Shown: positions 1 through 13,979, numbered from the stretch's first letter. The stretch: 64,000 nt of DNA from Rhizophagus irregularis (GCF_026210795.1 NC_089435.1:2108001-2172000); one strand, 5' to 3'. Translations and numbers: made by a program. Notes: a model not told the origin generated them from the letters alone.

Positions 1-371
1 TCATTCAAAGAAATTTTTCCACTATAAATATATCTAAAAATAAAAAAAAAAAATTATAAATTTTAAATACTTTTATTTTTTATATTTTAAAATTTTAATT
101 CTTATCTTACATACCTTAATATTACTTGAAAAATTTCTGGTAAAATATTTGGTAATTTTATATGAACCAAAGTTTCATCATTTTTCTTTCTATTTGTTGT
201 CAAAATTCTTCGTAAATAAGTAGACCGATAATGTAAGATAACCATATGAGCACGGAATATCTTTATATAAGGGTCATTACCAACTTCAATGGTAACATCA
301 TAATATTCTTCATCATTTAAACTTTCAAGTAAATTTTGTGATAATTTTGGTAAAAGTTTATTTTCATCCAT
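1..371 (-). CDS. BTB/POZ-(BACK-TLDc) protein, copy 1; exon 1 371-115, exon 2 starts at 33 and runs off the window
   Basis: MDENKLLPKLSQNLL...YYDVTIEVGNDP...FRAHMVILHYRS BTB N-terminus; GT donor at 114-113 and AG acceptor at 35-34, the same intron position as the complete paralogs. Confidence 0.9.
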
Positions 372-994
372 GATTTTAAAAATTTAAAAGAAAAAGAAAT
401 TAAATTATTTAATTTTTGTGAACGATTGACTTATATATTTGCTGCTGCAGCTTGTTGATCCAGAACATCCTAATATTTTTGTGTCACTTGCGAATCATTA
501 CGGTAATGCGACACAAAGTGGTATAATTGAAATTAAAATTGGCTTTGTACTGTAGCTCGGACAAGTGTTACGAAGTCGCAGTAACTGGGATTCATTTATC
601 ATTGACAGCTTTTTTTTATTGTATTATTTTAGTTAGATTAGAATAGATGATTAAGTAATTCAAATGGCGCAAGACAAATCGATGTACAAGTCGATCCATG
701 GTTAAGTGGTGTTTATTTTTTTATTTTATTTATTTTTTTTTTGTAGTAAAACGAATTACTTTATTATTTATATGATAAAGAACATGAAAATTCTTCCAGA
801 AAATCGATAAATTTATCATAAATAAAAACTCACTACGTATGGTAATTATGATTAGCATGATGTCTAGACATTATGCCGGTTGATGTCTTTAATTACATTC
901 TCCTTCAATACCACGCTTTCGTCACATCCTTTTCTTCAATAAGTATCAGACGAACCAAGAATATCTTCACCCGATAGATAAATTCTTCAATAGG

Positions 995-1720
995 ACCTGG
1001 ATCTTGATGGTATCTAATGAAATAAAAGGGAGAGGTTATCTTATGATCACTCAGATAAATAAGTTATTGAATTGCTAGGCTGATATCAGAACGCTCATCC
1101 ACGCTTACTCAGGCACATATACCAGATTTCATCTAAACTCACAAAGAATCCCGACAAATAAGCAAAAGCATATTTGGAAAACCTTAGACATATACATACG
1201 TGAGCAGACCCATGAACTAAATCGTAAAAAAACCTTCATTGCAATTAAAGCTCAAACTTTTTAAATTTAAACACAATAACTCACCAAATGTATTAAATGT
1301 GATAATAAATTCCTATTGATTTTGTTATAGATTTCTTGTGTAAGGAGAACCTTGGACTTGATGATAAAAATAATATTAAATTAATATATCAATAGAATTG
1401 ATAAATACGGAAAAACTGGATCTTGATGATAATAATCTAGAAATAAAGAGAAAGGTTATCCTATGATCACTCAGATAAATGAGTTATTGAATTACTAGGC
1501 TGATATCAGAACGCTCATCCACGCTTACTCAGGCACATATACCAGATTTCATCTAAACTCACAAAGAATCCCGACAAATAAGCAAAAGCATATTTGGAAA
1601 ACCTTAGACATATACGTGTGTGAGCAGACCCATGAACTAAACCGTAAAAAAGCCTTCATTGCAATTAAAGCCCAACCTCCAAATTTGAACACAAAATAAC
1701 TCACCAAATGCATGATAAAT
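995..1720. repeat. Tandem duplication of a ~300-bp non-coding block (about 995-1290 and 1415-1710); third copy at about 36230-36520
   Basis: Near-identical core GGTTATC.TATGATCACTCAGATAAAT...GCAATTAAAGC...AATAACTCACCAAATG in three places. Confidence 0.85.
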
Positions 1721-3511
1721 AAATTTCTTTTGATATTGTTAAAAATGAGATGGTCATGCTGGCAGAACTTAATAGATTTCTTGTGTAAGGAGACCTGGAT
1801 CTTAATGATGATGGTTTAGAGAGATTTGTTATCCTATAATCAGATTCTGATAATCAAATGGTATTGTTAATCGAAAACCAAAGTAACTTTTGGCTTGAAG
1901 ATATCTTAGGAGTACGATGTTAAAATCGGTTTTGATTTTTCGCGATATAAATGTAGATAAAGCTTGTGCGTGATATTTTCATTAAATAATATTGAAGGAA
2001 ATAATATTGAAGGAAATAAAACCTTTTATATATTTTTTTGTTGTACAAACTATTATGTAATATTGAGCACAAAATGTACAAAAAGTTAAATTGCAATGAC
2101 TCATATACTTTATTTATAATAGTTACATAGACTGATACAAGTTTACTCACAATAAATAAAATTCACATTTATTTTTTAATATTAATTCAACATGTGCATA
2201 TTATTCAAAATACAGGACGAATCCGATTCAGTTAATGAAAATTTGATCAAAAATCGAAAAGTTGTTTTCTTATTAATTATTTTTCTTTATCAGCCTATCG
2301 GAATGATACAATCGACCGCAGAATATTTTTTTAATTTTTCCTTTTCGGTATTTTTTTCTAAAATTTTTTTTCGAGGTTTTCTTTTTTTATCTCCTTTTTT
2401 TTTTGAAAAGAAATTTTTTTTTTGGTTTGGCTTTTTTTTCCAAACTGAAAAATTTTTATTTTAAATTTTTTTTTTCGAAATTTTTTTTTTTTTTGTTTTT
2501 TTTCGAAAAATTTTTTTTAACCTTTTCTTTTTTTGGTTTGGTCATTTTTTTTCAAACTAAAAAAAAATTTTTTCCCTTTTCTTTTTTCGGTCTGGTTTTT
2601 TTTAAACCGAAAATTTATTTTTTTTCCATTCTTTTACCATTTAGGTTTGGATCAGTGATCGGATCGATGCTACGACTTACTCATAGTATCAAAACTATCA
2701 TACCAAAAATATTGTATATGTCAAAATATTTATTTATATGGAATGTAAATATCATAAATTGTAAATAACATTGTATTTAAATTGTATTTATAATTTATAT
2801 CATTTCAATATCGTTGAAATATTAACTAATTCTTATCTTTTTTATCTTCATATACTAACGATATAATTCAAAATTATAAATAAATAAATAAAAAACCTTA
2901 AATTAATATTATATAAAATCTAATATACCCAAATATAGATCAGAAAATTTTATTTTTATTATTATATTATTAATCTTGTTACGTTGTATTAAAAAAATAA
3001 TAAATTAAATGTTTTTTTTATAATCTTGTTTATTATTTATCACGTTGTTTATTTAAAATAAATTCAATTGAAAATGAACTAAAGAAATTTGACTTTAGTT
3101 GTTTATATTGAATTATAAGTATGATTTAAAAATACAAGTTAATAGTCTATTAAATAATTTTTGTTTGTTAAATTATTTAAATTATTTGAATACGATATTC
3201 ACTAAGTTTAATTACCAAATTTTGTTAAACACAAATTGTGAAAAAAATAAATAAATAAAAGTATACTAAGCATAGTAAGAAAAAAAAATAGAAAGTAGAA
3301 ACATATTATATCAGAAATGCGTTTACGCGAAATTATATCAATATATTTTCCTTTTTTGGTCATGAGGCGTCAAATATTACGCCTAAAGGTTACAAATTTA
3401 TGTGGGCACAACATGAAGTTTGATCAACAATTTGCATTTTATTAATTTATTACGGTTTGAATGAACGAACTTAAAATAATTCTTTCTTTTCCTTAATTTA
3501 TAAATTACATT

Positions 3512-5812
3512 ATGTCCACTCTTCGATATGAATTAATTACTGCAACAGTTAATAGAGCAATAACATTTACAGATAGTAATATTTACAATGATATACACAA
3601 ACGATTTGAATTTCAAAAACAAACAGTCCTTGCTGATAAAATTCTTACAAATGATGAAAAAACTGAAGCAATAAGAAAATTAACTAAAACTCATGATCGA
3701 GATAAAGTTATTTTTAATGAAGGAACAAGAAGAATTTGTGAAAATTGTAACCAAGAATGTTTAGCCATATTATATTGTGAATATTGTATCCGAAATTATT
3801 TGAAAGAAAATTTTTCAAATTGGACATCTGGGAATGATGATATTGACAATTTAATACAGAAATGTCAAATGGAATCACTTAATCCACAAATGATAGTTGA
3901 ATGGATCCCATATAATAATTTGAAAAATATTAATTATTTGACAAAAGGTGGATTCTCTGAAATCTATACAGCGGGTTGGATTAATGGATATTATGCAGAA
4001 TGGGATTCTGAAAAAAAAACAATTAAAAGAGTTAAAAGATCTGGAAGGCAAAATATAGTAATAAAAGTAGCACTTAAAACGTTAGAAAATGTTGAAGGTG
4101 CAAATCAAAGTTGGATTGAAGAGGTTTGTATAATTTTATTTGAAATCTATTTATAAAAATCTTGTTTTTGTATTAACAATAGCATTGTTGTCATTTAGGC
4201 TAAATCACATTTAACTATAAGTAATAAATGGTCAGGTGTTGCTCGATGTTATGGTTTAACACAAAATCCATCAAATGGATATTATATGCTTGTAATGATG
4301 AGAATGGATATAGATTTAAGAAATTATTTACAACAAAATCATAATCAACTTACATGGAAAGATAGAATGAAAATTATTTATAAAATATCTCATGCACTTT
4401 ATTATATTCATAAAGAGAAATCAATTCATAGAGATTTACATTCTGGAAATATATTATATTCACAATTTAATGATAAGTGGTATATTAGTGATCTTGGATT
4501 TTGTGGACCTGCTGATAAATCTTCAACAGGTATATATGGAAATCTTCCTTACATAGCACCCGAAGTTATTGTTGGAAGAGAATATACTTTTGCATCTGAT
4601 ATTTATAGTATTGCAATTCTTATGTGGGAAATTTCATCTGGACAAACACCATTTATAAATTATGAACATGAAAATGATATTGTAATGAATGTTATTAACG
4701 GTATAAGACCAAAAATTGTGCCAGGAACTCCATTAGAATATAAAAATTTAATGAAAGAATGTTGGGATGCTGATCCATTAAAAAGACCTGACGCTGCCGC
4801 ACTTCGTAATAAAATGAAAAGAATTAATTTAGATTATCAAAATATGTCAGATGAATTATTCAAATCAGAAATAGATAATTTAGAAATGAATAAAGTAGAA
4901 GAAAATAATACAAGTAGCAGATTATTAACAAGTAAAATTCACAACTTTGAAAATCTACCTGAACCAAGAAATGCAACAGAAGGTATAAGTGTATAATATT
5001 TATTAATGAATGTATTTATTTTAAAATACATTATTAATGTTATCTTTTATTATAATAGAAGAACAAGAAGGTATAACCGTATAAATAATAATTTCTACCA
5101 TTTTATTTGGTTTACTATAATAATTTACTTTATTTTCACTACTAACAGCGTTTCATAGTAAATTGTATGATTTTAACATTCCTAACAATAGTAAGTATTT
5201 ATTAACATTACAGCGTTGAATTATCATATAATAATGTTTAATAATTGATATTTATTTTAGTTAACGATTTTAATAAATCAAATGAGCAGGATAGTTCAAA
5301 AGTAGTTACTATTTTTGAAGGTAATGTATTTTAATTATTGTCAAATCAAGATTGATTTATATATTAAATCAATATCTTAAATTTTAGATAGTAATAAAAT
5401 CTTATCTAAATTATTTAAAAATTTGCAAATAAATTCAAATGGTAAGAATAGTAATAAAGTACTAACAAATAGAATTCATTATTATATCAATTTCATTTAT
5501 TTATTAAACGCGACTTTTATTTAAATTTAGATGATGAAAAAGAAATAACTCGACAACAAATAAAAGGGCAAAGTATTAATGTCGATGGTAGGTGAAAATT
5601 TTATATAATAACAAATAATCCTTATACTATTTTAAGTATATTTATTTTCTTATAGATGATGACGAAATATATAATAATCCAAATTTTCATTCAAAAGAAC
5701 AAGATGAACTGGAAATTCCTGATGGTAAGTTCTTAAATAAATAGGATTTCTTTTTAAAGCAACTTAATTAATTTACTAATTTGTTAATTTTTTACCTTTA
5801 GATGGATTTTAA
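3512..5812 (+). CDS. Tyrosine-kinase-like (TKL) protein kinase, 9 exons: 3512-4123, 4199-4982, 5059-5070, 5149-5190, 5261-5320, 5388-5441, 5531-5587, 5656-5724, 5802-5812
   Basis: CxxC..CxxC zinc region and WTSGN motif, KGGFSEIY, VALK, HRDLHSGN, DLG, YIAPE, SDIYS; GT-AG introns read by eye give an open frame ending EIPDDGF-stop. Confidence 0.88.
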
Positions 5813-6638
5813 ATTGGACTTTATAAATCAAACCAATATTATATTATATTCCAAATTTTTATCATTTATTTATACTTTATTTTAAGTTATTTAAACACTA
5901 AGATTAGAGTAGTTAAAATGTTTTACAAGATTCTTAGTTTGTAATTTAAATAATTATATAACAAAGTTATTAAATTATTAAATGTATAAATTATCAATAA
6001 AAAATTTATGTGAAATATTGTTGATTCCTTTTAGTAATATAATAAAAATTTTTAACCGTTACAATAATTATTCGAATTTAGGCGAAAATAATAATATTAT
6101 GAAAATAAATTTTACATCATTGAATAATATATAATCCTTTTTTCAATCCAAAAACTATCCGTCAGATGATCTTTATCGTTATTTATTCTTATCTAACTTT
6201 ATATCTTATATATAAAAAAAATGACAGATCGAGCATGAGATTCAGATAATAATCTCTAAAACAGCAACATTTCAATTTTCCATATGATAAACTTATTTCA
6301 ACTATTCATAAGATTATTAGAATTTTAATCTAATGTGTTTGGAAAATATTTTATTGTTTAAAACATTATAACAATTATTTATAGAAAATTTTTAATCATT
6401 TATGTTTTTGGCCTAAATGGTATGGGTTGAATGTAAATTTCTGGCTAAATCAGGAATTTTGTAAAGTAAACAAGTTAGTATTCATTTCTAAGTAAGGTGA
6501 TCAATTATTTTTTATAAAGCCTATTTAATAGTTTAATACATTTCAATCAATTTATATAAATATGTTGAATACGATAATAAAACGAATAGTAAACAATAAA
6601 AAGAAAAAAAATTAATATCTACTATTGCAAAATTGGTT

Positions 6639-8121
6639 TTAATTTAGAATTTGAAATACTTCATATTCTTTCGCATAAAAATCATCATTAGTTTTTCTGA
6701 TTTGCTTTTCGTAATAACAATTAACACAAAAACCATAGTCACTAATTAAAGTAAGGTCATCCCCAAATATTGGACCACTATCATGATAGTTGTATATGGC
6801 ATATTCTTCATTTTCCACGCGACTTACAATATGACTTTCAATATCATCACTATTCTTAAAAGAAAATATAAAACTATCGTTAGTAGTGCCATATTTACCA
6901 TAATCATCAGATTTCCATTCAATTGGATTATATCCCCCAAGAATTTCAGTACTATCTTTCACTTTAACAATTGTTATAGTATTAGGCTGATTATCACAGA
7001 TTTCATGAAATTTTTCAGCTGTAAATCCATCACGAGATCCACGAAATAACAATTGGAATTTGTACGCAGTTTCTATCTCATCCGTAATTTCTAATCTATC
7101 GATCCATTTCGAGATTAATTCAGCATGTTGAGTTGTAATGATTTTGGAATCAATATTATTTTTCTTAGTAGTAATACGAGATTTTGATTGTTTAATTGAT
7201 TGGTTGTTAGAATCCAAAAAATATTTTAATAAATCTTTATATAATTCTTTTGGCAAAACTTTTTTATAAGGTAATATTTCTTTTGAAAATTCATCAGAAG
7301 TTAAATTATAGAATCTAATAAATGGAATACAATTATGTAAACTATTTTTCAAAGTATTAAAATCTTCTTTTGAAAAATTTGCGGGATCCGAAGAAAGTTC
7401 TGGGTTTTGAGCAAGTCCCCATTTAACCATATGTTTCCATACTTGAACTTCGTCCATTTGAAGATTATCACTTTGAATAATTGTGATCAAAAGTTTTTCT
7501 GGAATTGAAGCAAAATTTAAAGATTCGAATATCTTATCTGGCTCTTCGGAGGTTAAATTAGTACAAAAATTTTGAAGTTCCAAGAAAGAATCGTTCTCAA
7601 AGCATGTTTGATATATCAAATTAAAATTTTGTTCCATCCAATTTGCCTTAGTTTTAATCAAGAAGGATTGTATATAAGTGATTAATTCTTGAAGACCAAG
7701 TTCACTTCCGGCAATCAAGATTTTAATTATATCCGAAGTATCATATTCCTCCAAGTTAATTCTTCCACTATAAATATATCTAAAAAATAAAAAAGCGTAA
7801 ATTTAAATATGTTGTTATACAGTATATTCATTTAATTTAATTTTAATTTAATTTTAATTATTACCTTAAGATTATTTGAAAAATTTCTGGTAAAATATTT
7901 GGTAATTTTATATGAACCAAAGTCCCATCATTATTCTTTTTATTTGTTGATAACATTCTTCGTAGATACGTGGAACGATAATGTAAGATAACCATATGAG
8001 CACGAAATATCTTTATATAAGGATCATTACCAACTTCAATAGTAACATCATAATATTCTTCATCATTTAAAATTTCAAGTAAATTTTGAAATAATTTTGG
8101 TAAAAGATTATTATCATCCAT
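6639..8121 (-). CDS. BTB-BACK-TLDc protein, copy 2 (exons 8121-7865 and 7779-6639)
   Basis: BTB N-terminal ORF spliced (LR|YIYSG) to a 371-aa ORF with BACK-like helices and TLDc motifs LLFRGSRDGF...FHEICD...ILGGYNP...SFIFSF...GPIFG...EYEVFQ. Confidence 0.92.
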
Positions 8122-9479
8122 AATTTAGTTTTAAAAAAGAAATGAAAAGAAAAGAAATGAAAAAGAAAATGATCGACAATTTTGTCGGTTAAACCTTATA
8201 TACTTTAAATTGCCGCTGCAGCTTGTTGATCCGAGACTCCTATCATGACTATCATGACATAATGGATAATGGTGTTTATCGGGAGCAATTGGCAATATGG
8301 ATGTCTAAAATAATTTTTCTAAATTTTATTCATTTTTTTAGATGGATTTTAATATTTTTTTGATAAATTATATAAATTATCTAGAAGCAATTTATCATAG
8401 CAGCATTGCACAATTACGTTCAATTTTGATGTCGATGCACAATTTTAATACATTCTAATGCTCACAATTCATTCACAAATGTACAATTCATATTAGAAAC
8501 CAAACTTAAATAAAATATGAAATACATAATTTGATAATTTCTTTTTGATAGGATCAATTTACCATTTATTGATAGCGTATTTGATAATTTTTTTAATACT
8601 GTATTATCCATTATTATCCATTTGATAGCTTTTTGATAGCTGAAGAACCATATGAAATAACAATACTACATATCTTTAAAACTCTTTTTTATATAATATT
8701 ATTCGGATCCTGAACAATCAAAAAATATGAATAGTATCTGATATTATAATTTCCATCACCACTCTATTATTGAAAATGTTACACCGCACAAATTGTGCGG
8801 AAATTACCATTATATAATTTGAAACAATAGTTAAAATGTTGATACACTAGTATTTCCCCCATTTTTCTCTCTATATGTCATATTCAAAAATATGGTGTAG
8901 TTTAGCAATTCCATTATTATATGGGAAAATCCATTTTCAAACAAAATTATAATTTATTTACGTAATTTAAATGGTGCGTGATCTAGAAGCAAAATTAAAT
9001 GAATACAAAAAAGGAAGGAGAATTGCATGGGTTACCATAAAACCGTCTAATACAATAGAATGTTCCTTCGCTAACGCTTCGGATAATGAATGTTCCTTTT
9101 ATGAAATTAGAATTGATATGTGTGAGAATTAGTTAAGAGGAAAGTGAAAATTCGAAAAACTTTTTTTTTTTGAATTTAAGTAATATAATGTTTGCAAATA
9201 TCGAATCTAATCAAATATGTGGCTTATCATATAAACTATTTATATTGACAAATGAAATATGAATTATGCAAAAAAAAAATATAACACACTAGGATATGCA
9301 AACTATTTACCACTTTGTATTATATATAGTATTATCGTTGTAATAATTTCATAAATTTTGAATGTGTTGTATTAACTAATTTTTCAGAACATTCTTTATT
9401 ATAGAAGTTTTAGAAACCCACATAGAAGGATACGTCCACGAATAGATGATTGCCCACAAGCACAATTGGATTATACTAA

Positions 9480-9920
9480 TATAATGATGTATTATTCGAA
9501 GTTATTGAAAGATCACTAATTAAAAAAGCATACTATTCAACATCTACAAACATGATGGAGTCAAAGATGAAGAAGTTTAAAAATGAATATACACTTGGTT
9601 AAAAACTCACATCTAAATTTAGATAAAATACAATACAAACGAATTTTTGATTGTGAGGTTTATTATAATAAAAGACTTATCCAAGCAATTTATCGGAATT
9701 GTCCAAATCTTAGTGAAAGGTTATTGATTTAATGTCAAAATTTAAATGTTAAAATTTGATTAATTTTTGAGAATAAAGTGTCTATTCAATATAGGAGTTT
9801 ATTTGAAGTATTAATTAGATCCTTACCAATAAATTTTTGATCAAAATTATGGACCTAAGTTTGAAACATTAAAATCATTTTTTGATAACTGGAAAGTTAG
9901 ACATCCTGTGTTATTGAAAA
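9480..9920 (+). pseudogene. Degraded F-box/LRR-type gene relic (C-terminal part)
   Basis: Disrupted frames still encode YYNKRLIQAIYRNCPNL (9661-9711) and FETLKSFFDNWKVRHPVLL (9860-9916), resembling C-termini of the expanded AM-fungal F-box family (recognised from memory). Confidence 0.5.
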
Positions 9921-11045
9921 AATGTCAAAAAAACGTTAAATAACATTTTTTTATTATAGTTAATCTAAAAAATGTCAAAATAAAGTTTTTTTACTATAGT
10001 TAATTGAAGCAATACATTTTTTAATTATAGTTAATTAAAAAAAATGTCAAAACAATGTTTTTAATAGTTAATTGAAAAAACGTCCAAATAACTTTTTTTA
10101 CTGTAGTTAATTGAAAAATTATCAAAATAACATATTTTTATTTTAAAAAAATTAAACTAATGTTAATTCGTAATTCGCGTAACAATCGGAGCACTTTCGC
10201 AAATCTGCGTTTTGATGCCATTTCGTACATAGGTAAATCGGTCAATTTTTAACCAAACAGGCTAAAATTTTTACTGATAAAACTTGGACATTAGATCTAT
10301 ATTATCCAAGCATTAATTATAACAGTTACTAAGTTTAAATAATTGCTAGAAGTTGTTGATTAACAAAATTTTTAGTAAAAATGCTTTGCAATTTTTTATT
10401 AATAAAAGTGTGAAACAGGCTCAAAATTTACATTTATATACATTTTGATATATTATTATTGGATTTTTTAAAAAAAAGTTAAGGTAAAAAAATAAAATTA
10501 TTCTTATTTTAAGATTAACAGTTTATTTTTTGTAAATTTTCCCAATTGACAACTTTTAAGAATTATTTACGAAATTATAAGTTTTACAATAATTACAATT
10601 AATACTTGAAAAAATAGACTCAATGTCAGAGTTTTCTCAGTAAAAATTTCAGCCAAATCGGTTAAAATTGACCGATTTACCTATGTAAGAGACGCAGATT
10701 TCAATGGTGCTCCGATTGTTACACGAATTACGAATTAACTTTTTTTTTACTACAGCTAATTCAAAAAAAATGTTAAAATAACGTCAAATAACCATTTTTC
10801 ATTATAGTTTATTTAAAAAAAATGTTAAATAACATTTTTTTTATTATGGCTAATTTAATAAATGTTAAAATAATGTCAAATAACGTTTTTTTATTATAGT
10901 TAATTTAAAAAAATGTCAAAAAAAGTCAAAATAACATTATTTATTATAGTTAATTGAAAAACATTAAAATAACATTTTTATTATAATTTAAAAAAACATT
11001 AACATTAGAAAATGTTTTTTATAATAATTAATTAAAAAAATGTGA
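9915..11045. repeat. Degenerate ~40-50-bp AT-rich minisatellite (AAAAAATGTCAAAATAACATTTTTTATTATAGTTAATT) interrupted by a foldback element
   Basis: Repeated units at 9915-10140 and 10740-11045. Confidence 0.7.
10162..10739. mobile_element. Foldback/MITE with ~200-bp imperfect terminal inverted repeats
   Basis: GTTAATTCGTAATTCGCGTAACAATCGGAGCAC at left is the reverse complement of GTGCTCCGATTGTTACACGAATTACGAATTAAC at right; inverted similarity continues inward; TTAA at both ends. Confidence 0.8.
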
Positions 11046-11376
11046 CCTGATTAACTCATATTTTTACATTTTGTAGTTTTAACCAATTAATGTTTGATAT
11101 ATTGATATATGAGTTACATTTACTATATAAAATATATATACTATATTAAATAAACCAATTACTATACTGTACATACTATATACACACTATATATGCTATA
11201 TTGATTATATTATAAACTAGAACTGTACCACTATGGCCGCCTGGCGGCGGCCTTCAAAATAAAATTAGGTGTAACATGAGCATAAATGCATAGTCAAATA
11301 AACACTTTTTTTAAAGAATCCCTAATTGCTTTATTATACTTATATGATAACTGATAACATGATAATCTAGGTTTGT

Positions 11377-11505
11377 TTATGAAATAGGAAGCGGTTGTGA
11401 TGCTATTTGTTCCAAGCGAGAATATTCTTTAATCACATTTGGATCTACTTTGAATGCATCTCTATTTAAATTCATTGTTTGAATTTGATCCCATTTAGGA
11501 CATCT
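11377..11505 (-). pseudogene. C-terminal remnant of a Helitron Pif1-family helicase
   Basis: Reads RCPKWDQIQTMNLNRDAFKVDPNVIKEYSRLEQIASQPLPIS-stop, matching the region after Pif1 motif VI (YVALSR); lies ~130 nt from the Helitron 3' hairpin. Confidence 0.65.
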
Positions 11506-12230
11506 GATTCAGTTTTATTGATTTAATGTTAGTAATAAATTATTAAAAAAATTATTAGTAATCAAATTATTATGAAAGTTTTAATAGTTCGTATATATAT
11601 GATCAGTGATCTATAACATATATTTGTAATATTATTATTAAGGATCAACAATTAAAATTTACAATAACTTCAATTTTTTTTTTTAATAAAAAATAAATAA
11701 ATATAATGTTTATTACATATAAGATATAAAAAATACCAGATAATAAAAATGAATTTTAAAAACAGTTCGTATTTGTCAGGTGATCTATGATATGCATAAT
11801 AGTACGATCAGCAATTAAATTTTACGTTGACTTCGTTGACTTCAAATTTTTTTTTTTTTTTGAACTAATTATACTTTGATATAAAAATAAAATAAATGCA
11901 ACTTCTTTTATTTCATTTATTTCATTGAAAAATAAATAAAGTACTTATTACATATAAAATATAAAAAACAATAGATAATAAAAAAAGAATTTTAAAAACA
12001 GTTCGTATTTGTCAGGTGATCTATGACATGTGTAACATGATCAGCAATTAAATTTTACGTAGACTTCAAATTTTTTTTTAAACCACTTTTCTTTGACATA
12101 AAAAATAAAATACGTTTTTTATTTCATTAAAAAAAATAAATATAGCACTTATTACATATAAAATATAAAGAACAGATAATAAAAAAAATTAAAGAAAAGA
12201 TTATTACTGGGTTACGTTAGTTCATAAACA

Positions 12231-13215
12231 TTATTTAGTTTTTTGTTTTTTTTTTACCTCTTGTTGAATTTGAAATTTTTGGTGTATTATTTTTTTTTTA
12301 ATATTTTCGTTTCTCTCTTCATTTTCTTCAATATTTTCATTAATTCTTTCTTCATTTTCTTCATTTGTAATAGAAGTTTCACTATCATGAATTTCATCAC
12401 TTTGTTGATTTTGTAATAGAAAAGATCTTGAAATATCTGCTATTTTAGTCATATTTATTTTACGTTTATTTTTAGTTGGTGTCATTGACAATGATGGTTG
12501 TGTTGTTGAATTCTGTTGTATGAGAGAAATTCTTTGTTCTATAACAGATTTTGAAGATCCTTCATTACATGAATCAGATTTTGATTTCCATGGAACTACA
12601 ATACTGTTATCTGATTCTATTTTTGCTGATACAAACTGAAATTCCAAAATTTCACAGTATAATTGATCTTTTGCAAAAAAAAAATACTCCTGTTATATGA
12701 ACTGTTGAATTTTTTCTGGCTTTTGTTAATGCGTTCTTAAATCGCCCATTTGGTGGGTGAGTTAAATTTACAGTAAATGGAGTAAATTGATCCTTAGATA
12801 AATATGGCTTTACTTGTATTTGTAAAGTATATTCACTTTCTGTTAATTCTGCATACCCCAAAGTCTTTCCAAGAAGATGTACAGTTGGTTTTATTATAGG
12901 AATATCTTCCTTATCGATAAGGAGTTGTACATTAGTTGTAATAGAGATGTTTATTGAACCATCTTGAGTTGTTGAAAATTTTCCTGTAATTAAGTATACA
13001 TTTTCTGCCTTAAGTGGCGAAGTTACTTCAGATCCATCATCTGAATCAAGGTCTGTGTTATTTATTAAGGTCATATAATTGTAAAATTTATATATTTGAA
13101 ATGCATCTTCATTATCAATTCGGGAAATAGCCATGCCTTTCTGCAAGACACCATTATTAATAGTTTCATCAGTCACAGAGAGTATATACACAATGGTTGT
13201 AATGTTTGCAATCAT
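12231..13215 (-). CDS. Probable OB-fold (RPA/SSB-like) protein carried by the Helitron; split by a frameshift in a T-run near 12675-12684
   Basis: ORFs 13215-12652 and 12647-12231 join as GVFFF/AKDQLYCEILEFQFVS; beta-rich VYLITGKF and VHITG segments suggest two OB folds; acidic low-complexity tail. Confidence 0.55.
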
Positions 13216-13979
13216 ATTTCGAAATTTTTTTTGAATCTGATTATTATTAAAATGAAAAATGAATAAAAGTAAAAAAAAGTAAATGAATTACTTATATTTA
13301 TAAAAAAAATTATGACTTTAATATATTTATAATATATTTCATTTTTTTAAAAAAAAGTAATAATATTACAATTATTTATTATTATTTATGATTTATGATT
13401 ATTAAAAAAATGTGATTTTATTACAATTTATTACAAAATTATGATACATTTTATTTAAAAACTTAAAAAAGTGGTTCATTGAAAAAATTACGATTTTATT
13501 ATTTATTAATATATGAAAAATTTTGATTTTTATCAAATTTATTAAAAAAAATGCAATTTTATTGAAAAAATTACGATTTTATTACAATTTATTGCAAAAT
13601 TATGATGATTATATTACATTTATTTAAATTTAAAAAAAAAGTAGTTTTCATTGAAAAATTGCGATTTTATTATTTATTTACATTGAAAAAAAATTGATTT
13701 TATCAAAAATTTATTACAATTTATATAATAAAATTAATTTATTAATTTATATAATAGTTTATAATTGAAATAACATAATCTCATTAACTGTTAAATATTA
13801 CTTTATTAATTAAATAAATGATAAAAAAAAAGGGTAATTTTATTAAAACTAATTTGTTTATAGTTACTATATGCGGCTTTAAATTTTCTAACCTGTGAAT
13901 TCAATTTTAGTTTATTTTCATTGTAACGTAAATGATGATCATCTTTCAATTTTTCAATTTGTAAATTTATTTATTTTTT

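Noticed and set aside
2192..2768. F-rich ORFs
   Set aside because: Translation of T-rich low-complexity DNA
8784..8800. CCGCACAAATTGTGCGG hairpin as a Helitron 3' end
   Set aside because: No CTRR at the expected distance on either strand
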